The notes: generated by a model not told the origin, from the letters alone. 63,196 bases of DNA, filler included, from Candidatus Tectimicrobiota bacterium (GCA_016193065.1; 5 parts of 5 records of this genome joined end to end with filler, not necessarily neighbours in it), one strand, 5' to 3'; numbered from the whole stretch's first letter, positions 10,433 through 20,881 are shown. Translations and numbers: made by a program.

Positions 10433-10495
10433 GTTTGTTCCTCCCCTAAGAAATGAAAGCAGATTGCGGCGGACTCGATATCCATCCTTCTCAAT

Positions 10496-10511
10496 AGCAA
10501 GGACCTTGCCG
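10496..10511 (-). promoter_or_regulatory. Sigma54 promoter of the YeiH-family exporter
   Basis: Minus strand CGGCAAGGTCCTTGCT (GG-N10-GC), 14/16 identical to the dsrL promoter. Confidence 0.82.
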
Positions 10512-10585
10512 GATGAACAACTCGTCGGAAGCGCTGGAGAAAGCGTGTCTTACACGCCAAGGGGGGTCGGAGCGCTCGAGTAGAG

Positions 10586-10633
10586 GTTACCGAATGGGAA
10601 CATTCCTTGGAGAAACGGTTACCTCTCGGTAAC
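10586..10633. promoter_or_regulatory. Second tandem GTTACC-N4-GGTAAC pair (10586-10601, 10618-10633)
   Basis: GTTACCGAATGGGAAC (1 mismatch) and GTTACCTCTCGGTAAC, 32 bp apart. Confidence 0.8.
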
Positions 10634-10680
10634 CCGTCTCTTAGTGCGCCGTGAGCCGTTCAGAATCCGGATCAGGGACC

Positions 10681-12177
10681 TCAGCTCTTTATCCAGCCTT
10701 TGAGCTGTTTCACAAAGGTGTCCTGGAGGTATGGCCAGGCCAGGAAGGCCGCGGTCAGGATCAGGATGACCAGCGAGATCGGCTTGGTCACGAACACGGA
10801 ATAGGATCCGTCGGAGATCAGGAGCGCCCGGTGAAACATCCGCTCGATCAGGCTCCCGAGGACCAGACCCAGGACGAGGCAGGCGGGGGGATAGCCGGCC
10901 TTTCTGAGGATAAAGCCCAGCAACCCGAACAGGAGCATCGCCAACACGTCGAAGAGGTTGGAGCGGAAGGCGTAGGTGCCGTAAACAGAGAGGGCGACGA
11001 TCAGCGGCACCAACAGCGCCGAGGGGACGACCACGATCTTGGCGAAGAAGCGAGCCAGGATCAAGCCCAGGATGAAGAAGGTGAACTGGGCCAGGAGGAT
11101 CCCCGCAAAGACCGCGTAAGGGACAACGCCGCTCGAGAAGAAGTCGGGACCGGGCTTGAGCCCCTGGATCGTGAGCGCAGCGAGCAGAATGGCCGTGGTC
11201 GCCGAGCCCGGAATTCCCAGCGTGAAGGTTGGAACCAGGTCCCCCACGACGCAGGCGTTCTTGGCCGTCTCCGGGGCGAGAAGTCCCGCTGGGTTTCCTT
11301 CCCCGAAGGTCTCGGGCTCCTTGGAGAACTGCTTTTCCACGAAATAAGCCGAGATGCTGGCGGAAATGATCCCCAGAGCGGGCATGACACCCATGAAGAT
11401 GCCCACGAGCCCCCCCCGGATCAACGTCAACGGCCTTCGCAAGATTTCCTTCAGTCCCCTCCAGATGCTGTCGGCCACTTTCCGGACTTCTCCCGCCTGG
11501 GCGCTTTCCTCCGTCAGGATCATGGCCTGAGAGAGGGCGAACAGCCCCACGGTGACGGGGATCAGATTCACCCCGTCTTCCAGGTAGAGGCTGCCGAAGG
11601 TGAACCGGTAGGCCCCGCGGATGGGGTCCTGGCCGATGAAGGACAGGAGCAATCCCACGCCGCCCATGACCAGGCCCTTGGTCGTCTCCCCCCTTGCCGC
11701 GATGGAGAGCAGGGAGAGGGCCATGATTCCCAGGGCGAAATATTCCGCCGGGCCGATCTTGAGAGCCACGCTCGTCAGCAGCGGAGCGATCAGTACCAGG
11801 CTCAACCACCCCATCACCCCGCCGATCATGGAACCGAAGGTGGAGATGCCGAGAGCCATGCCCGCCCGACCCTGTTTGGCCAGAGGATAGCCGTCCCAGC
11901 AGGAGGCGACGGACCCCGGGCCCCCCGGTACGTTGATGAGAATCGAGGCGATGGAGTCTCCATAGGCCGTGGCGGCGTGAATGGAGCACAGAAAGATGAT
12001 GGCCGTCGCGGGAGGCATGAAGAACGTGAAGGGGAGCATCAGGGCGACACCGAAGATGGGCCCCAGGCCGGGGAGGACGCCGATGGCCAGGCCGATGAGC
12101 GCCCCCACCACAAGATAAAGCAGGTTGGTTCCCGACAGGGCCAATTGGAATCCCGCCATCCAGAGGTCCATGGTCAT
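10681..12177 (-). CDS. tctA: Tripartite tricarboxylate transporter large permease TctA
   Basis: GVLPGLGP, SILINVPGGPGSVASCWDGYPLA, APETAKNA, TLGIPGS motifs. Confidence 0.93.
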   Translation of the reverse strand: MTMDLWMAGFQLALSGTNLLYLVVGALIGLAIGVLPGLGPIFGVALMLPFTFFMPPATAIIFLCSIHAATAYGDSIASILINVPGGPGSVASCWDGYPLAKQGRAGMALGISTFGSMIGGVMGWLSLVLIAPLLTSVALKIGPAEYFALGIMALSLLSIAARGETTKGLVMGGVGLLLSFIGQDPIRGAYRFTFGSLYLEDGVNLIPVTVGLFALSQAMILTEESAQAGEVRKVADSIWRGLKEILRRPLTLIRGGLVGIFMGVMPALGIISASISAYFVEKQFSKEPETFGEGNPAGLLAPETAKNACVVGDLVPTFTLGIPGSATTAILLAALTIQGLKPGPDFFSSGVVPYAVFAGILLAQFTFFILGLILARFFAKIVVVPSALLVPLIVALSVYGTYAFRSNLFDVLAMLLFGLLGFILRKAGYPPACLVLGLVLGSLIERMFHRALLISDGSYSVFVTKPISLVILILTAAFLAWPYLQDTFVKQLKGWIKS

Positions 12178-12198
12178 CGCTGCATTCTCCCGGGAGGG

Positions 12199-12684
12199 TT
12201 AGAAAATCACCTGCGGCATGGGGATCCTCAACAGGTAGGTGAAGGGGTAGTAGAGAGCGGCCGTAATACCCACCGCCACCGGGATCACCACTTTCCAGCG
12301 CCCGTAGTGGAGCATGAAGGGGATCAGGAGAGTGTAGGCCAGCGTGGGCCACAGCAACCCCAGCAGCGGGATGAGCAGGAAGTAGCCGACCATCGCCGCG
12401 TAGGACCACCAGGCGATACCTGCAATGGAACCCCCACGGCGAGCCCCGCCGGTCTCAGCGCCCGCTTCCGCCGTCTCCGTCTTGCCGGCCTTCACGACAC
12501 TGCGTATCCTCCCGACCAGGAGGCAGGCCGTGGCCAGAATCACGAGGCCGGAGACGAGGCGGGGAAACAGCGCCGGGACGGGCCCGTACCGGAACGTCTC
12601 GATCAGGAACGTGAGGGAGAAGATCAGGATGACCAGCGAAACCAGGGATCCCAGATTCAGCAGACCTGTCACGATTCCACCCAT
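12199..12684 (-). CDS. tctB: TctB small permease
   Basis: 161 aa, ~4 TM helices, PALFP motif, ends LRIPMP; between tctC and tctA. Confidence 0.85.
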   Translation of the reverse strand: MGGIVTGLLNLGSLVSLVILIFSLTFLIETFRYGPVPALFPRLVSGLVILATACLLVGRIRSVVKAGKTETAEAGAETGGARRGGSIAGIAWWSYAAMVGYFLLIPLLGLLWPTLAYTLLIPFMLHYGRWKVVIPVAVGITAALYYPFTYLLRIPMPQVIF

Positions 12685-12780
12685 GGCGCCTCAGACTCCT
12701 GCCGGGAATTTCACCTCGACCCGGATCTGCCGCTGCTCGTGTCCTCAGCCGGATATCCGGGCCATCAGATCTCCTTTCCC

Positions 12781-14154
12781 CTAATCCATCCCGGCTTTCA
12801 GCGCCGGGAGCATTTCCTCGACCATCTTGCTTGACTCCAGAATCATCCGCCGGAACTCGCCGGCAGAGGCCGGGGCCAGGGTGAAATCGGACCTCCTGGC
12901 GATGGCCACGAAGGCGGGGTCGGCCACCGCCTTGGCGGTGGCGCTCTCCAGGGCCTTCGCGATGTCCTCCGGCATCCGGGGCGGACCGAGGATCCCCAGG
13001 GAAATGTCGAAGCCGACGTCGCGATAGCCCAGTTCCACCAGGGTCGGAACCTCCGTAAAGGAATCGTGCCGCTTGGGGCCAAACCCGGCAATCACCCGGA
13101 TTCGCTTCTGCTCCGCCAGGGGGCTGAAGCTCACCACGCTGCCGGTGGCCATGTCCACCTGCTTGGAGATCACCGCGAGGGCGGCTTCGGTGCCGCTGTC
13201 AAAGGGGATGTATTTGACGTTCAGGCGCACCTTCTCCTTCAGGAGAACGAAGGCCAGGTAGCTGTTGTTGCCGATGCCGGAGCCCGAGACCTTGATGCTT
13301 TTCTGTTTCCCCAGATTCTTGAGGTCCTCCAGGGTCTTCAGGGGCGAGTCATAAGGCACAGCCAGGTAGTTGTAGTCCCCTCCGGTGATGTTGTAGATCG
13401 GGGTCATCTCCTCCATCTTGTAGCCGGGGTTGTCCATCTTCTGGGAGATCATGGGGGCGGGAACCCCGGTGAGGACCAGGGTGTAGCCGTCGGGCTTTGC
13501 CTTGTAGACCTGGTTTCTTCCCACCTTCCCTCCGGCCCCGGCCACGTTCTCGATCACGACGGGGGCGTTCAGGTACTTGGACAGGAAGGGCTGAAGGGTG
13601 CGGGCCACCTCGGGGTACTGGATGTCCCCGCACACGAGGACTCCCAGGCGCCCGATGGGGGTGTCCACGACGGGGAAGAGCGCCTCCTCGCCGAACACCT
13701 CGATGAATCGCCGGTAGACGTCCCCCGGACCCGTGTAGGTCGTGTTCAGATTGTTGGGTCCGTTGTGCTTTCGGTAGGTCAGGACGATTTCGCCCCGTGG
13801 GTCGATGATCACCGTGGTGTTGAAGTAGCGGCCCGGGAACTCGGGGTGCCGCTCCAGGAAGTGGCCGACCAGGTAAATCTCGAACTTCCTGGCCGTCTCT
13901 CCGAGCAGATCCGTGGCGAAGTTGGGGATGGGCAGGGCGATTTCGATCCATTCCTCCGTGGATCTGGGGCGGTACTGGCCGAACAGGGAATACTCCCCGG
14001 TAACTGCCAGCTTGACCTCGCCGATGCGGTGGAAGAGAAACCCGATCAGGTCGGTGATCCGGCGGATGTTTGTCTGGATGTGGCTCTCCCGTTCCTCCAG
14101 GCGGCGGACTACCTGACAGGGGCTTTGAATCAAGACGCCGTCGTAAGGGTCCAT
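12781..14154 (-). CDS. Chimeric ORF: N-terminal carbon-nitrogen hydrolase fragment (aa 1-~185) fused to TctC/Bug substrate-binding protein lacking its N-terminus
   Basis: Nitrilase-type triad E54/K129/C175 (VCGDIQYPEVAR), then TctC VVIENVAGAGG..AKPDGYTL..VPTLVELGY. Confidence 0.85.
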   Translation of the reverse strand: MDPYDGVLIQSPCQVVRRLEERESHIQTNIRRITDLIGFLFHRIGEVKLAVTGEYSLFGQYRPRSTEEWIEIALPIPNFATDLLGETARKFEIYLVGHFLERHPEFPGRYFNTTVIIDPRGEIVLTYRKHNGPNNLNTTYTGPGDVYRRFIEVFGEEALFPVVDTPIGRLGVLVCGDIQYPEVARTLQPFLSKYLNAPVVIENVAGAGGKVGRNQVYKAKPDGYTLVLTGVPAPMISQKMDNPGYKMEEMTPIYNITGGDYNYLAVPYDSPLKTLEDLKNLGKQKSIKVSGSGIGNNSYLAFVLLKEKVRLNVKYIPFDSGTEAALAVISKQVDMATGSVVSFSPLAEQKRIRVIAGFGPKRHDSFTEVPTLVELGYRDVGFDISLGILGPPRMPEDIAKALESATAKAVADPAFVAIARRSDFTLAPASAGEFRRMILESSKMVEEMLPALKAGMD

Positions 14155-14188
14155 GCCTTCCTCCCTCGCGTTCGGAACAAACCTCCAC

Positions 14189-14288
14189 NNNNNNNNNNNN
14201 NNNNNNNNNNNNNNNNNNNNNNNNNNNNNNNNTTAATTAATTAANNNNNNNNNNNNNNNNNNNNNNNNNNNNNNNNNNNNNNNNNNNN
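14189..14288. other. Artificial contig linker
   Basis: 44 N + TTAATTAATTAA + 44 N. Confidence 0.99.
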
Positions 14289-15225
14289 CCGGTTGCGCCT
14301 GGTCTATGGGGACTTGAACGATGCGAGCTCTTTGAACAAGATCCTGCGCACGGTGCAGCCGGAGGAGATTTACAATCTAGGGGCTCAGAGCCACGTGCGG
14401 GTAAGCTTTGATGTGCCTGAGTACACGGCCGAGGTCAGTGGGGTCGGGACAGTTCGGCTTCTGGAAGCGATTCGGGAATCCGGGATCCATCCCAGGTTTT
14501 ATCAGGCCTCGAGCAGCGAGTTGTTTGGCAAAGTGCGGGAAGTTCCCCAACGAGAGACTACTCCATTTTCCCCGAGGAGCCCTTACGGTTGCGCCAAGGC
14601 CTATGCGTATTACATCACGGTGAACTACCGGGAAGCTTACGGGATCTTTGCCTGCAACGGGATCCTGTTTAACCACGAAAGCCCGCGCCGGGGGGAGACA
14701 TTCTTGACCCGCAAGGTGACCCGGGGGGCGACCCGCATCAAGTTGAGTCTGCAGGAAAAGCTTTTTCTGGGGAACCTGGAGGCCAAGCGGGACTGGGGGT
14801 ATGCACCGGAATACGTCGAGGCCATGTGGCGCATGGTACAGCAGGAAGAGCCTGATGATTATGTGATTGCAACGGGGGAGACCCACTCAGTGCGCGAGTT
14901 TGTGGAGGCGGTTTTCAGTTATCTAAAGTTGGATTGGAAACAGTACGTGGAGAAAGACCCGCGCTACCTTCGTCCTTCAGAGGTCGATCTCCTGGTGGGG
15001 GATGCGGCGAAAGCCAGAGGCAAACTGGGGTGGGAACCTAAGGTGAAGTTTGATGAGCTGGTGCGGATCATGGTGGAGGCAGACCTGGAGCTGGCTCGTC
15101 AGGAAGCTCACATGAACACGTATGCGGATGCAAAGGCCCCGGAATCGTTCTCCGGGAAAGGAACCCTCACCCCGTCCCTCTCCCTGGGAGGGAAAGGGAG
15201 AAAGATCCAAAAGGGAAGAGGCTGA
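14289..15225 (+). CDS. gmd: GDP-mannose 4,6-dehydratase (5'-truncated by contig edge)
   Basis: [45 protein letters not shown]. Confidence 0.96.
15164..15200. repeat. REP-like element inside gmd 3' end
   Basis: CCCTCACCCCGTCCCTCTCCCTGGGAGGGAAAGGGAG. Confidence 0.65.
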
Positions 15226-16206
<981 letters not shown>

Positions 16207-16245
16207 AGGCTACGGCCAAGAAAAAGCTTGCGCTGGGAAGCGAGG

Positions 16246-17463
16246 ATGAGTAAGGTCCTGCTGATCAATCAGTTCTTCTACCCCGATGTAGCCCCGACCG
16301 GGCAAGTTGCCACCGATCTCGCCGAGGACCTAGTGCGACGGGGCCTGGAAGTTTCAGTGCTGTGCAGCCGCCGCCGCTATGGAGGGGTTGGATCTCTGGC
16401 ATGGAGAGAGACCTACCAGGGTATTCAGATTTATCGGACCGGGTCCACCCGATATGGCCGTCGGAGGACCTTGGGGCGGGCGCTGGACTACTTCTCGTTT
16501 TACCTGACGGCAGGGGTGAAAGCCCTGGTTCTCCCCCGCTATGATTTGGTCATTTGCCTTTCCACTCCTCCTCTGATCGCGGGCCTGGGGGTTCTCCTCA
16601 AATGGGTGAAAGGGAGCCGTTACGTTTACTGGGTGCAGGACCTCTATCCCGATGTGGCTGTAGCTTTAGGGGTGCTTCGGAAAAAAGGGATGGTTACGGG
16701 TCTGGTTCGACATCTCTCTCGGTTGACTCTCTGTCGGGCAGACGCGGTGGTGGCTCTGGGGGAGGTCATGGCAGAGAAGCTTTCGGCCAATGGTTTCAGG
16801 CCCAAGAACCTGAGTGTGCTCCCCTGCTGGGCTGATGGGGAGGAACTCCGTCTTGTTCCCCACAAGATGAATCCGTTTATAGAGGAGCAGGGCCTTTCGG
16901 GGAAGTTCATTGGACTCTACTCGGGAAATATGGGGAAGGGGCATGAGCTTGACACTCTCCTGGGGGCAATTGAAGCTCTACGGGAGGTTGAGGACTTACT
17001 TTTTGTTTTTATCGGAGATGGTGCAAGGCGCTCGGAGATTGAGAGGTTCCAAAAGACAAAGGGACTCCAAAATCTTCGTCTGCTCCCGTATCAGGACCGG
17101 CACCGTGTTTGCCTGAGCCTGAATGCCGGAGATGTCCACTTGGTTACTCTGCGGGAGGGGCTCGAAGGTCTGCTGGTGGCCAGCAAGATCTACAGTAGTC
17201 TGGCCACGGGAAAGCCCGTGATCTACATAGGGCCCGAAAGGAGTGAGGTGGGGGAGATTGTGAGGCGGGCTGACTGCGGCTATGTACATTGCCCGGGGGA
17301 CGTGGAAGGAGTCGTGCGCTCCGTGCGGGAAATGATCAGTCGCCCCGAGAAGCGTGAGCGGTTGGGAAGAAACGGCCGAGCGTACTTTGAAGCCCATTTT
17401 GAGCGGCGACAAATAACGGAAAAATTCTATCAGGTCATTCGGGACGTCCTCTCAGTAGCCTGA
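16246..17463 (+). CDS. Glycosyltransferase family 4 (WcaI/WbuB-like)
   Basis: NQFFYPD, STPPL, WVQDLYPD, YSGNMG, VASKIY. Confidence 0.9.
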   Translation: MSKVLLINQFFYPDVAPTGQVATDLAEDLVRRGLEVSVLCSRRRYGGVGSLAWRETYQGIQIYRTGSTRYGRRRTLGRALDYFSFYLTAGVKALVLPRYDLVICLSTPPLIAGLGVLLKWVKGSRYVYWVQDLYPDVAVALGVLRKKGMVTGLVRHLSRLTLCRADAVVALGEVMAEKLSANGFRPKNLSVLPCWADGEELRLVPHKMNPFIEEQGLSGKFIGLYSGNMGKGHELDTLLGAIEALREVEDLLFVFIGDGARRSEIERFQKTKGLQNLRLLPYQDRHRVCLSLNAGDVHLVTLREGLEGLLVASKIYSSLATGKPVIYIGPERSEVGEIVRRADCGYVHCPGDVEGVVRSVREMISRPEKRERLGRNGRAYFEAHFERRQITEKFYQVIRDVLSVA

Positions 17464-17490
17464 ACCGGCGGAAAGGAAGCCACACGCGAG

Positions 17491-19068
17491 ATGAGTACGA
17501 TCGATAACCTTGCCATCAACTTGATTCTCATCGGTAGTGGTTCGTTTTTGATCGCGCTTCTCTTGACGCCCTTGCTGGCCGCCTGGGCCCTGCGTAAGGG
17601 ATGGGTGGATCAGCCCGGGAACCGCAAGATCCACCTCAGAGGAACCCCGCGAATCGGTGGAGCGGCCATTTTTGTCGGGATCTTACTCCCCCTGGTTTCA
17701 TTCATGGTCTTGAATGGAGAGGAAATCCGGCAGACGATTCCCCATATGCGGATCGTTCCGGCCCTGCTGGCGGCAGGTACAGGGATCTGGCTCCTGGGGA
17801 TCTATGATGATCTTGTCGGGGCCAAAGCCTGGCAGAAGTTCTCTCTCCAGACCCTGGCGGCTTACTTCCTCTACACGGAGGGGGTGCGAATAGAGGAGCT
17901 CAGCAATCCGCTGGGGGGAAGTTTTTCACTGGGGGTTTTGAGCCTGCCGGTCACTTTGCTCTGGATTGTGGGGGTGAGCAATGCCTTCAATTTGATCGAC
18001 GGGATTGACGGTCTGGCAGCCGGAGTGGGCATGTTTACGGCCGCCATCCTGGCGGTCATTGCCGCGCTGAACGGCCAGATTCTCATTACGTTCGTTGCGA
18101 CGGGGCTGGCCGGGGCTCTCCTGGGGTTCCTGCCCTTTAACTTTCATCCGGCGCGCATCTTCATGGGGGATTCCGGGAGTCTCTTGGTGGGGTTTATTTT
18201 GGGCTCCCTCTCGATCTTCGGAAATGAGAAAGGGACGACGGCCGTCGCGACACTGGTTCCTATCATCGCCCTGGGGCTTCCGATCATGGATACCTTTATT
18301 GTCATGGCGCGCCGATTTATTCAGGGAAAAGCTTTGTTCCAGGCGGACCGGGAGCACATTCACCACAGGCTTCTCTCGCTGGGATACACCCAGAGACGGG
18401 CGGCGCTGGTGCTCTATGGTTTTACCGTGCTCTCGGGAGTCGCGGCGCTCGTCATGGCCGTGGGGAAGGAACGCTCGGGGATCGTGCTGGCTCTGTTGCT
18501 GGGGGCCGTCGCCGCGACGGCGGCGCGCAGGTTGGGATATATCGATCTCACCTCCGTGGTGGGGAGGATCCGCAGCGGGAATAAGAGGCGGCGGACGCCG
18601 CGCTACAAGAACCTCTTCGTGAGGAAAATGCCCGGGACGCTGCGGAGGGTTCGGGAGCTGGAGCATCTGAAGCCGCTCCTGGTCGACGTGCAAAAGGAGC
18701 TTGAGCTGGATCTGGTGCGCCTGAGCTTTGATCCTTTTCGGAATGAGAGTTTGAACCTGCCGGGAGCCTTCGAGTGCCAGAGCCTCCCGGCGGACAATGG
18801 CGGATCTGGAAAACCTGCAGGAGCGACCGACGAGATCTGGTCGGCCACGGTTCCTCTCAACGGCAAGCGGGGTGTTCTCGGCGAGCTGACGGTAGGGAAG
18901 TTCGCCTGGAAAAGACGGCGCAGGGGGGAGGACGACGAAGAGTGGGCTCAGCAAGTTGCCGAGGCAATCTCCAGATGGGTTCAGTCCCATTGTATTAGGA
19001 CTCCACAGATGCACGTTCAATTCCTCAAGGACCTGCAGACTTGGCCGGACAAATGGGTGGTGATGTAG
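17491..19068 (+). CDS. WecA/TagO-like polyprenyl-phosphate GlcNAc-1-P transferase with C-terminal soluble extension
   Basis: TPRIGG, GIYDD, NAFNLIDGIDGLA, PARIFMGDSGS, DREHIHHRL. Confidence 0.9.
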   Translation: MSTIDNLAINLILIGSGSFLIALLLTPLLAAWALRKGWVDQPGNRKIHLRGTPRIGGAAIFVGILLPLVSFMVLNGEEIRQTIPHMRIVPALLAAGTGIWLLGIYDDLVGAKAWQKFSLQTLAAYFLYTEGVRIEELSNPLGGSFSLGVLSLPVTLLWIVGVSNAFNLIDGIDGLAAGVGMFTAAILAVIAALNGQILITFVATGLAGALLGFLPFNFHPARIFMGDSGSLLVGFILGSLSIFGNEKGTTAVATLVPIIALGLPIMDTFIVMARRFIQGKALFQADREHIHHRLLSLGYTQRRAALVLYGFTVLSGVAALVMAVGKERSGIVLALLLGAVAATAARRLGYIDLTSVVGRIRSGNKRRRTPRYKNLFVRKMPGTLRRVRELEHLKPLLVDVQKELELDLVRLSFDPFRNESLNLPGAFECQSLPADNGGSGKPAGATDEIWSATVPLNGKRGVLGELTVGKFAWKRRRRGEDDEEWAQQVAEAISRWVQSHCIRTPQMHVQFLKDLQTWPDKWVVM

Positions 19069-19230
19069 TGGTAGGGAGAAGGAGGAGAGAGCAGGGCTCT
19101 AATTGTTGAGGATTAAGGGTATTGGACTGTACAGGAGCCTTCCGGAAACGGAGGGCTCTTTTTCTTGGTGCGCTTTGCCTCCTCCTGTGCGGCCGTGTCT
19201 TAAATGCCACCGTCACAGAGACCTGCATTT

Positions 19231-19271
19231 CCCCCTCACCCGCACCCTCTCTTCCGAGGGTGGCGAGGGAG
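19231..19271. repeat. REP-like element (degenerate)
   Basis: CCCCCTCACCCGCACCCTCTCTTCCGAGGGTGGCGAGGGAG. Confidence 0.6.
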
Positions 19272-19557
19272 ATAAGATTCAATTTCCTCTCAGGTTCGTT
19301 TTGGATGAAATGACGGTGAAACAGGTGCTCAGGGATGGTAGATTTTGAGGTTGTGTGCCGGGCTCTGTGTGCGGGTTTGATGATGTGACAATCAAATTGC
19401 TGAGGTGGGGGCGATGAAATTCCTGCGTAAATTCAACTGTATCCGTCCTTCGACAAGGCACAGGACGAACAGGATCGAAAAGCTCAGGATCGGTGGTGGA
19501 GTCGAAAAGTTTGGGACGAACGGGGGGCGAAGGGTTCAGAACTCTTGAGACACGGTG

Positions 19558-20490
19558 TTAGAAGGGGGAGCGGGAGTTGTAGTCCGGTTCCCGGTCGAAG
19601 TGGTGTTCGGTGCTCAGAAATCGAATGGTGCCGGACTTGGAGCGCATGACGATGGAATTCGTCGTGGCGCCTCCGCGGACGAAGCGGACCCCCTTGAGGA
19701 GATCTCCATCCGTGACTCCCGTGGCGGCAAACATCACGAATTCCGTGGGCACCAGGTCGGAGAGGGTTAAGATGCGCTCCGGGTCTAACTCCTTTAGCTT
19801 TTCTTTTTCCTCTTGGGATTGAGGAAGTAATCGTCCCTGGAAGTCTCCCCCCATGCATTTCAGGCCAGCCGCGGTGATGACGGACTTGCTGGCGTCCCCG
19901 ATGCCCATGACCACATCGATTCCCCCTTCCCGGTGGCAAGCAGCCAGAGAAGTGGACACCTCACCATCTCCGATCAATTTAACGCGAGCGCCACTCTTGC
20001 GCACCGCCTCAATTAAGGCCCGGTGACGCGGCCGGTCCAGGATGGCCACGATCAGGTCTTCGCGCTGGCACTGCAAGGCAGAGGCAATGTTGTCCAGGTT
20101 CTCGGCGGGGGTGAGGTTGAGGTCGATTGTCCCTCGGGCCTTGGGCCCAACCACAATTTTCTCCATGAGCATCATCGGCAAGGGGACAAGCCCTCCCGGG
20201 GGCGCGATGGCGATGACCGAAATCGAATTGGGTCCGCCTGTGGCGCAGATGTTCGTACCGTCCAGGGGGTCGAGCGCCAGATCCACCTGATCCGGGTTGG
20301 GTGTGCCGACGGTTTCGCCGCTGTACAGGGTGGAAGTCTCCGTGGCTTCCCCCATGCCGATGACGACCCTGCCTTCCAGGGCGGCTGCCTGCTCCGCCAG
20401 GCGCTCGTCTCCCCGGCCCATAAAGCGCGCGGCGGCCAGAGCTGCGGCCTCAGTGACCCGGACAAATTCCATGGCTAGATTTCTATCCAT
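19558..20490 (-). CDS. glpX: GlpX-like class II fructose-1,6-bisphosphatase homolog, degenerate active site
   Basis: VRVTEAAA, DPLDGT, LDRPRH, FAATGVTDG; several conserved residues changed and ~12 aa missing. Confidence 0.85.
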   Translation of the reverse strand: MDRNLAMEFVRVTEAAALAAARFMGRGDERLAEQAAALEGRVVIGMGEATETSTLYSGETVGTPNPDQVDLALDPLDGTNICATGGPNSISVIAIAPPGGLVPLPMMLMEKIVVGPKARGTIDLNLTPAENLDNIASALQCQREDLIVAILDRPRHRALIEAVRKSGARVKLIGDGEVSTSLAACHREGGIDVVMGIGDASKSVITAAGLKCMGGDFQGRLLPQSQEEKEKLKELDPERILTLSDLVPTEFVMFAATGVTDGDLLKGVRFVRGGATTNSIVMRSKSGTIRFLSTEHHFDREPDYNSRSPF

Positions 20491-20660
20491 CTCTGCGTCC
20501 TGGAAAAGGTTGTCGCTGCCAGGAAAATAGCATGACCTCCGGAACCCTGCAAGGGTTCAAAAGGAGAGGGATACTGAAAGGGAAGCGGCTCCCATGTCGA
20601 AGGCGCGCAGAACCCTGCATTGCTGGTGGTCACGCACTGTAGAAGAGAGATAACCGGCAG

Positions 20661-20690
20661 AAATAAAAAAAGGCCCCCACCTTGGGGGCC
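20661..20690 (-). terminator. Intrinsic terminator
   Basis: Minus strand GGCCCCCA-AGG-TGGGGGCC followed by TTTTTTTATTT. Confidence 0.9.
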
Positions 20691-20691
20691 A

Positions 20692-20875
20692 GGCAGAGTT
20701 CCCGTTAGGCCCGTGTATGTCGGACAAGGTGCCAGAGATTCCACAGGAACCTGTACGCAGGGCGCTCGGAAGTCAACTGGAAGAGCCCCCGAAAGGTCCT
20801 TACCACCGAGAAGCGCCGAGCGCGGAACGACTTCGATTTCTGCAGAACCTGACCCAGCACGATGGAATTGCTGCC
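20692..20875 (-). ncRNA. Candidate 184-nt rod-shaped structured RNA (6S-like size and shape)
   Basis: 5' GGCAG pairs with 3' CTGCC; nested helices incl. 15/16-bp AGGTTCTGCAGAAATC/GGTTCCTGTGGAATCT and GCGCTCGG/CCGAGCGC; apical UUCG loop; own -10 and terminator. Confidence 0.65.
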
Positions 20876-20881
20876 GGTTAA

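Noticed and set aside
14233-14244. TTAATTAATTAA palindrome, repeated four times in the window
   Set aside because: Artificial all-frame stop linker inside N runs.
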